Below are positions 6,360 to 10,225 of a stretch of 10,225 bases of DNA, in pieces. Source of the stretch: Escherichia coli. GTDB taxonomy: Bacteria > Pseudomonadota > Gammaproteobacteria > Enterobacterales > Enterobacteriaceae. The notes under the pieces are model-generated. The model saw only the letters and a list, made by a program, of their open reading frames with translations. It was not told where the DNA came from and made no database searches. Position 1 is the stretch's first letter. Each line of letters begins with the position of its first letter. A program made the translations under genes and the position numbers. The stretch is taken from assembly GCF_003334255.1 (NCBI RefSeq), contig NZ_QOWU01000085.1; one strand, written 5' to 3'.

Positions 6360-6770
6360 ATGAACCAGACTATCTTCCTCCGAAGTAAGCAGCAGCAACA
6401 ATTCGCCATTAACGCCATCCTTGCAACAACTCTCGATAAAGACAAACCCGTTACGATCCGCATCACCGATTACAAGCGGAATCTCGATCAAAATGCCAAA
6501 TTTCACGCGATGGTCGCTGATATCTCCCGACAGGTTCAGTGGTGCGGCAGATGGCTAAAACCAGAACAGTGGAAAGTTTTGTTAATCAGCGGTCATGCCG
6601 TGGCGACAAAACAGGAAGCTGATGTTTTGCCAGGTCTTGAAGGTGAATACGTCAATATCCGCGAAAGCAGTGCGCAAATGAGCGTGAAGCGTATGGCAAG
6701 CCTGATTGAGTACACAACATCCTGGGCCGTGGATCAGGGTGTCAGATTTACCGACAGGAGGTACGAATGA
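6360..6770 (+). CDS. ninB: NinB (Orf family recombination mediator)
   Basis: 136 aa. The motifs [32 protein letters not shown] parallel lambda NinB (SLDQNRKLWACLGDVSRQVEWHGRWLDAESWK) as I remember it. SD GAGGG upstream. Confidence 0.8.
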   Translation: MNQTIFLRSKQQQQFAINAILATTLDKDKPVTIRITDYKRNLDQNAKFHAMVADISRQVQWCGRWLKPEQWKVLLISGHAVATKQEADVLPGLEGEYVNIRESSAQMSVKRMASLIEYTTSWAVDQGVRFTDRRYE

Positions 6771-6958
6771 GACGACAGCGACGAAGCATCACCGATATCG
6801 TCTGTGAAAACTGCAATTACCTTCCAACCAAACGCTCCCGAAATAAACCCAGGCCAGTCCCCAAAGAATCTGATGTTAAAACCTTCAACTATACGGCTCA
6901 CCTGTGGGATATCCGGTGGCTAAGGCGTCGAGCAAGATTTAATTGTCACTCCGGATAG
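6767..6958 (+). CDS. ninE: NinE-like small protein
   Basis: 63 aa, start overlapping the ninB stop (ATGA), so translationally coupled. It is basic with a CxxC pair. The position between ninB and the ybcO-like gene matches DLP12/lambda-type nin order. Assignment is by position and size plus weak recollection. Confidence 0.5.
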   Translation: MRRQRRSITDIVCENCNYLPTKRSRNKPRPVPKESDVKTFNYTAHLWDIRWLRRRARFNCHSG

Positions 6959-6981
6959 CCTACTGCATGAGGAATAAGATG

Positions 6982-7272
6982 ATGACAAACCTACGCAAAG
7001 AAGCGCGCGGCAGAGAATGCCAGGTACGGATTTATGGCGTATGCAATGGCAACCCTGAAACTACAGTTCTGGCGCATTACCGAATGGCTGGAATTTGCGG
7101 AACGGGAACAAAGCCAGATGATCTGTTGGCTGCATGGGCCTGTAGTGACTGCCATAATGAAATCGATCGCCGTACTCGCATTCTCGACAACAACGACGCC
7201 AGACTTTACCACCTGGAAGGCGTGATCAGGACGCTGGCGATATTGCTGAAGGAGGGGAAGATTAAGTCATGA
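6982..7272 (+). CDS. YbcO-like protein (DUF1364-type putative nuclease)
   Basis: 96 aa from the ATG at 6982, with GAGGAA 6 nt upstream; the track ORF starts earlier at 6943. RKEARGRECQVRIYGVCNGNPETTVLAHYR and the Cys/His cluster resemble the E. coli DLP12 YbcO as I recall it. It sits immediately upstream of rusA, as in DLP12. Confidence 0.6.
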   Translation: MTNLRKEARGRECQVRIYGVCNGNPETTVLAHYRMAGICGTGTKPDDLLAAWACSDCHNEIDRRTRILDNNDARLYHLEGVIRTLAILLKEGKIKS

Positions 7273-7631
7273 ATGAATATGAGTTTGTGCTTCCCTGGCC
7301 GCCGACGGTGAATACCTACTGGCGAAGACGGGGAAGCCAGTACTACATCAGCGATAAAGGCCAGAAATACCGAAAAGACGTACAGCAAATCATCCGGCAA
7401 CTCAGATTAGACATTTTCACTAAATCACGACTTCGCATCACAATTATTGCTGAACCACCAGATTCCCGCCGTCGCGACCTCGATAACATCCTGAAAGGTT
7501 TACTCGACTCTCTTATCCACGCCGGATTTGCGGAAGACGACGTGCAATTCGATGACATTCGCGTAATTCGCGGCGTGAAAGTGCCTGGCGGTAGAGTGGG
7601 GATAAAAATCACCGAACTGGAGAACATATGA
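7269..7631 (+). CDS. rusA: RusA Holliday-junction resolvase
   Basis: 120 aa. The N-terminus LPWPP and the RRRDLDN motif match RusA, which is also 120 aa in E. coli. Its start overlaps the upstream stop (ATGA). Confidence 0.85.
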   Translation: MNEYEFVLPWPPTVNTYWRRRGSQYYISDKGQKYRKDVQQIIRQLRLDIFTKSRLRITIIAEPPDSRRRDLDNILKGLLDSLIHAGFAEDDVQFDDIRVIRGVKVPGGRVGIKITELENI

Positions 7632-7828
7632 ACGCCACAATTCAAACAATACCGGAATTGCTTATCCAGGCACGAGGCAATATGACTGAAGTTTCACGAA
7701 AACTGAACTGTAATCGTGCTACGGTCAGAAAATATGTCGGTGATAAAGAAGGCAAACGGCACGCCGTCGTCAACGGTGTCCTTATGGTTCATCGTGGATG
7801 GGATAAGGGGAAAGCTACTGATGCGTGA
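7628..7828 (+). CDS. ninH: NinH-like small DNA-binding protein
   Basis: 66 aa. TIPELLIQARGNMTEVSRKLNCNRATVRKYVGDKEGKRHAVVNGVLMVHRGW parallels lambda NinH as I recall it (Fis-like HTH). Its start overlaps the rusA stop (ATGA). Confidence 0.65.
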   Translation: MNATIQTIPELLIQARGNMTEVSRKLNCNRATVRKYVGDKEGKRHAVVNGVLMVHRGWDKGKATDA

Positions 7829-8063
7829 TATTCAGCAGGTGCCTGAACGCATGGCTTTATTCAGGTCGTCTGGAAAAGCGCATGAGCAGCGTAATAGCGG
7901 AGTTCATGGCGAAGAGTATATGAACAGATTATTCGAATGCTATATGAGACTGAAGCACGGAGATCGCTATGACCTGACACGTGATGCTGACGGTTTCTAC
8001 TGCCGTGAAGTTGTGAAACGAATGTTTGAAGTGTGGTGTCATTGTAAAGGATGGGGGCTGTGA
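7821..8063 (+). CDS. Hypothetical small protein (80 aa) between ninH and the Q-like gene
   Basis: The ATG at 7821 overlaps the ninH stop (ATGCGTGA), with GGGGA upstream. The track ORF begins at 7716 but would then overlap ninH by about 110 nt. Cys/His-rich C-terminus (CREVVKRMFEVWCHCKGW). No family recognised. Confidence 0.5.
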   Translation: MRDIQQVPERMALFRSSGKAHEQRNSGVHGEEYMNRLFECYMRLKHGDRYDLTRDADGFYCREVVKRMFEVWCHCKGWGL

Positions 8064-8677
8064 TGCGGCTAACCCCAGTATTCGGCATGGTTAACTTTAT
8101 TAATGATGCTCATTTCCGCCGCATATGGAGGCATCCGAAGAAAATCATTAACTCTCGTCAGAAAGCATGGGTTCACTACATGCTACAGGTATGGGGAAAT
8201 GTTAACGCTGGTGATGATTCTCCTTGTGGTGCAATTAACGTTATTGGGCGACTGATGATTCGCAGTCAGTGGAGCGATGACAAAGCTAAGCAGATTGAGT
8301 CTGTTGTCATGCGTCTGTATGAAGAAGACGGACTACGTGGAGATGAACTCCATCAGAAAGCCCGAGAACTGGTCATCCCTCAGTCATCGGCAGGTAATAT
8401 CATTGCTCTCGCCAAAGAATCCGATGATGCTGCTTTCGTTGAACGTGTGATGGTTGAGACCTTTCATCGTGAAAGCCCTGTCCGTGATGTAGCTATTAGG
8501 CGATATTGCAATCGCGACAGCACGCAAGATATCGCCAGGATGATTTCTCAGATAACAGGAGTTGATATTCAGTATTGCCGGAGGCGGGTCGTGTGGTGCG
8601 AGAGGGTCCTTGATTCAGAAATGTTTTATGCAATGAAGCGAGAATTGGAGAAAGAACTTCTAGTGATTGCTGGATGA
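8063..8677 (+). CDS. Putative late-gene regulator (Q antiterminator-like by position), family uncertain
   Basis: 204 aa from the ATG at 8063, overlapping the upstream stop (TGATG) with a G-rich SD. It is the last gene before a promoter-plus-terminator region and the late-gene start, where Q lies in lambdoid phages. The sequence does not resemble lambda Q as I recall it, so the call is positional. Confidence 0.4.
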   Translation: MRLTPVFGMVNFINDAHFRRIWRHPKKIINSRQKAWVHYMLQVWGNVNAGDDSPCGAINVIGRLMIRSQWSDDKAKQIESVVMRLYEEDGLRGDELHQKARELVIPQSSAGNIIALAKESDDAAFVERVMVETFHRESPVRDVAIRRYCNRDSTQDIARMISQITGVDIQYCRRRVVWCERVLDSEMFYAMKRELEKELLVIAG

Positions 8678-8701
8678 TGCAAAATATTTTTTGTAAATGC
8701 G

Positions 8702-8730
8702 TTGCTTTCGAGAAATGAAAGTAGTATGTT
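8702..8730 (+). promoter_or_regulatory. Candidate late promoter (pR'-like): TTGCTT-N17-TATGTT
   Basis: Hexamers read directly, about 25 nt downstream of the Q-like stop. A terminator lies roughly 110-130 nt further downstream, as in the lambda pR'-tR' arrangement. Confidence 0.3.
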
Positions 8731-8837
8731 TTGTGTATGCTCGGAGCAAAAGCGCACTGAGAAGCGAAAGAGAAATCCTGATTTACCTCGGTCGTCGATA
8801 ATATTTAGGATCGGCATACTGGCTAGATTAGGTAAAG

Positions 8838-8864
8838 GCCTCGGCAGAAATGTCGGGGCTTTTT
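8838..8864 (+). terminator. Intrinsic terminator (tR'-like): gcctcggc-agaaat-gtcggggc followed by TTTTT
   Basis: 8-bp stem including two G-U pairs, 6-nt loop and T5 tract, read directly. Confidence 0.55.
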
Positions 8865-8996
8865 GTTTGCACAACAGGTAAGAGCATTGAACCCGCAGAC
8901 CTCGTGGAATTGGTGAAAGGTGTGCGCAGTGCTCTTATCGTTGTGGTGAAGCTCAATGGCGAGCTAGCAGACAGGCGACTGTGAAAATACTAGTCA

Positions 8997-9068
8997 TGTA
9001 GCGGATCGCCGCGCGTATTGTAATCGGCAGCGCACCGATGGGAGCTGGTTCGATTCCGGCCGCCACAA
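8997..9068 (+). tRNA. tRNA-like element, possibly a degenerate tRNA or tRNA remnant (anticodon-position triplet GCG)
   Basis: It has a canonical T-arm (gctgg-TTCGATT-ccggc), a 7-nt acceptor 3' strand cgccaca, and an anticodon-like arm (atcgg-cagcgca-ccgat). But the acceptor 5' strand tgtagcg gives one A-C mismatch, there is no convincing D-arm, position 33 is A, position 37 is C, and no CCA is encoded. A second acceptor/D-arm-like fragment lies at 8942..8964. Confidence 0.3.
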
Positions 9069-9383
9069 TCCAAACTGAGCCGTAGCCTCTGGGTGTCCTG
9101 AATTCATCAGTGATAGTTACGCTGCGGCCTTCTACATACGATTTTTGTGAAAAGCGGGTGGCAAGAGGCTGCGAAATTTTTAAATACCTCACAATTCCAC
9201 AGCTTGATGATTGTCTGGCTGCCGGAGAATTTGTTAAAAATTGCATCGCGTGGTGAATCCCCCTCAGCGGCGGGGCATCTGGCAAAGTGTATGATCCAGC
9301 GAACATGCAAATTCAGTAGCCAGGCTGAATTTACCGGGAGGCACCTGGCACCATGCGACAGACAGAAATTAGGCTATACTTCA

Positions 9384-9406
9384 GCCCCTCTCCGGAGGGG
9401 CTTTTC
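9384..9406 (+). terminator. Intrinsic terminator of unit 1 (gcccctc-tccg-gaggggc followed by TTTTC)
   Basis: Perfect 7-bp GC-rich stem, tccg tetraloop and T tract, read directly. Confidence 0.75.
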
Positions 9407-9596
9407 TGTGCAGGATGTGTCACAGTTTCCTGAATTCTGAGTACTGTCCTGTTACTCAGGGTGCTATATTTTCTGACGTGATGAAAGTCTGCCGGAAGGC
9501 GGAACGTATCGGAAATGACCCAGTAGAGAAAACGTTGACTCAGATACCGATGCTGAGTTACCGGGAAACCGGCATCACATGACCGCTATCCTTCCA

Positions 9597-9619
9597 GGCT
9601 CGCTCCGGCGGGCCTTTTT
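9597..9619 (+). terminator. Intrinsic terminator of unit 2 (ggctcgc-tccg-gcgggcc followed by TTTTT)
   Basis: 7-bp stem with one G-U pair, the same tccg loop as the other two units, and a T5 tract. Confidence 0.7.
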
Positions 9620-9866
9620 ACTGCAGAAAACAGTTTTCCCGTAAAATGCCACGTTACTCACAATTCAGGCTGGCGATTATTGTCTGGCCAGCGGGAAGTT
9701 TGTTAAAAAAATATGGCATGGTGAATCCCCCTGTGCGGAGGGGCATATCAGCGACAGGTGTTTGGTCACACCCCTTATCCTTTCTGGTGCGGGTTCAGGT
9801 GCTGATACTGAACTCACCGGGAGGCACCCTGCACCATGCATGAACGGTACATAGCGCTACTCTCCA

Positions 9867-9890
9867 GCCCCTCTCCGGAGGGGCTTTCTT
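9867..9890 (+). terminator. Intrinsic terminator of unit 3 (gcccctc-tccg-gaggggc followed by TTTCTT)
   Basis: Stem and loop identical to the unit 1 terminator, read directly. Confidence 0.75.
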
Positions 9891-9897
9891 GTTGGAT

Positions 9898-9926
9898 AAA
9901 AAAAAGCCCGCGCCGGGAAGCGCGGG
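9898..9926 (-). terminator. Minus-strand intrinsic terminator (cccgcgc-cgggaa-gcgcggg preceded by an A8 run on the + strand)
   Basis: 7-bp GC stem read directly. On the minus strand the hairpin is followed by a T8 tract. With the unit 3 terminator it forms a back-to-back bidirectional stop. Confidence 0.6.
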
Positions 9927-10127
9927 TGGCAAGGAATAAACAACAAAACGTGAAGTGATCAATTTTCAGCTGGCGAATAATACCTGATAGTAATCACTCT
10001 GCGCAACTGTATGGTCTTTTTCGTATTGCGGGCTGTAGTCATCCTCCTGTTTCTGAACCCTTGTCCATGACTGACGTCAGCCCGCACCTTATCTTGATTG
10101 CATACACTATCCCTGCCGGGAGGAATA

Positions 10128-10225
10128 ATGGCATTTAAACACTATGACGTGGTCAGGGCATCATCGCCGTCAGACCTCGCAGGAAAACTGACGCAAAAAC
10201 TGAAGGAAGGCTGGCAACCCTATGG
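10128..10225 (+). CDS. 5' end of a phage gene running off the window (hypothetical; possibly the small conserved protein often found upstream of lambdoid lysis genes)
   Basis: ATG at 10128 with SD GGGAGGA 6 nt upstream. The reading frame MAFKHYDVVRASSPSDLAGKLTQKLKEGWQPY stays open to the window end. The family suggestion is a vague recollection only. Confidence 0.5.
   Translation, partial: MAFKHYDVVRASSPSDLAGKLTQKLKEGWQPY

Larger units (their letters stand above)
9097..9890 (+). repeat. Tandem array of three diverged structured units (about 9097-9406, 9431-9619, 9640-9890), each ending in an intrinsic terminator; candidate small-RNA genes
   Basis: Units 1 and 3 share conserved blocks (cacaattc, attgtctggc, ttgttaaaaa, ggtgaatccccct, ggggcat, accgggaggcacc, gcaccatgc) separated by variable blocks, several of identical length. 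All three units have a ttcag/ctgaa-type hairpin and a taccggga block before the terminator. The translated frames are not conserved between copies. Confidence 0.6.

Noticed and set aside
7512-7520. DnaA-box-like 9-mer ttatccacg inside rusA
   Set aside because: A single 8/9 match inside a coding region, far from the replication module; most likely chance.
7343-7645. Minus-strand ORF of 100 aa inside rusA
   Set aside because: Antisense to a confidently identified rusA gene; Ser/Arg-rich; no start context.
9147-9843. ORFs 9147..9440 (97 aa) and 9646..9843 (65 aa) as protein-coding genes
   Set aside because: They read through intrinsic terminators and conserved hairpins, and their translations are not conserved between the homologous repeat units even where the nucleotides are. 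More consistent with structured RNA than protein.
1-10225. Insertion sequence, transposase, integrase or CRISPR array
   Set aside because: I found no terminal inverted repeats bracketing a transposase-like ORF, no recombinase motifs, and no repeat-spacer periodicity. The accessory islet appears to be a moron-type insertion, not a discrete mobile element.

Overview
This window reads as the right arm of a lambdoid (Enterobacteriaceae-type) prophage, mostly on the + strand: a cII-like activator, a replication initiator with an embedded origin-like segment, a DnaC-like helicase loader, three small HTH-like hypothetical genes, then a nin-type module (roi-like, ninB, ninE, ybcO-like, rusA, ninH), a putative Q-like late regulator, and a structured non-coding region before the first late gene. 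Between the replication and nin modules sits a lower-GC islet on the opposite strand. It carries a zinc-ribbon/DUF4145-like gene, a small divergent ORF and a RelE/ParE-type toxin with an HTH antitoxin; this is my best candidate for an undescribed anti-phage defence locus. Downstream of the Q-like gene there is a promoter/terminator pair, a tRNA-like element, and three tandem diverged structured units that each end in the same style of intrinsic terminator. All protein calls rest on motifs and remembered family resemblance, not on database searches; start codons were chosen by ribosome-binding-site context. The ORF track evidently accepts GTG starts.
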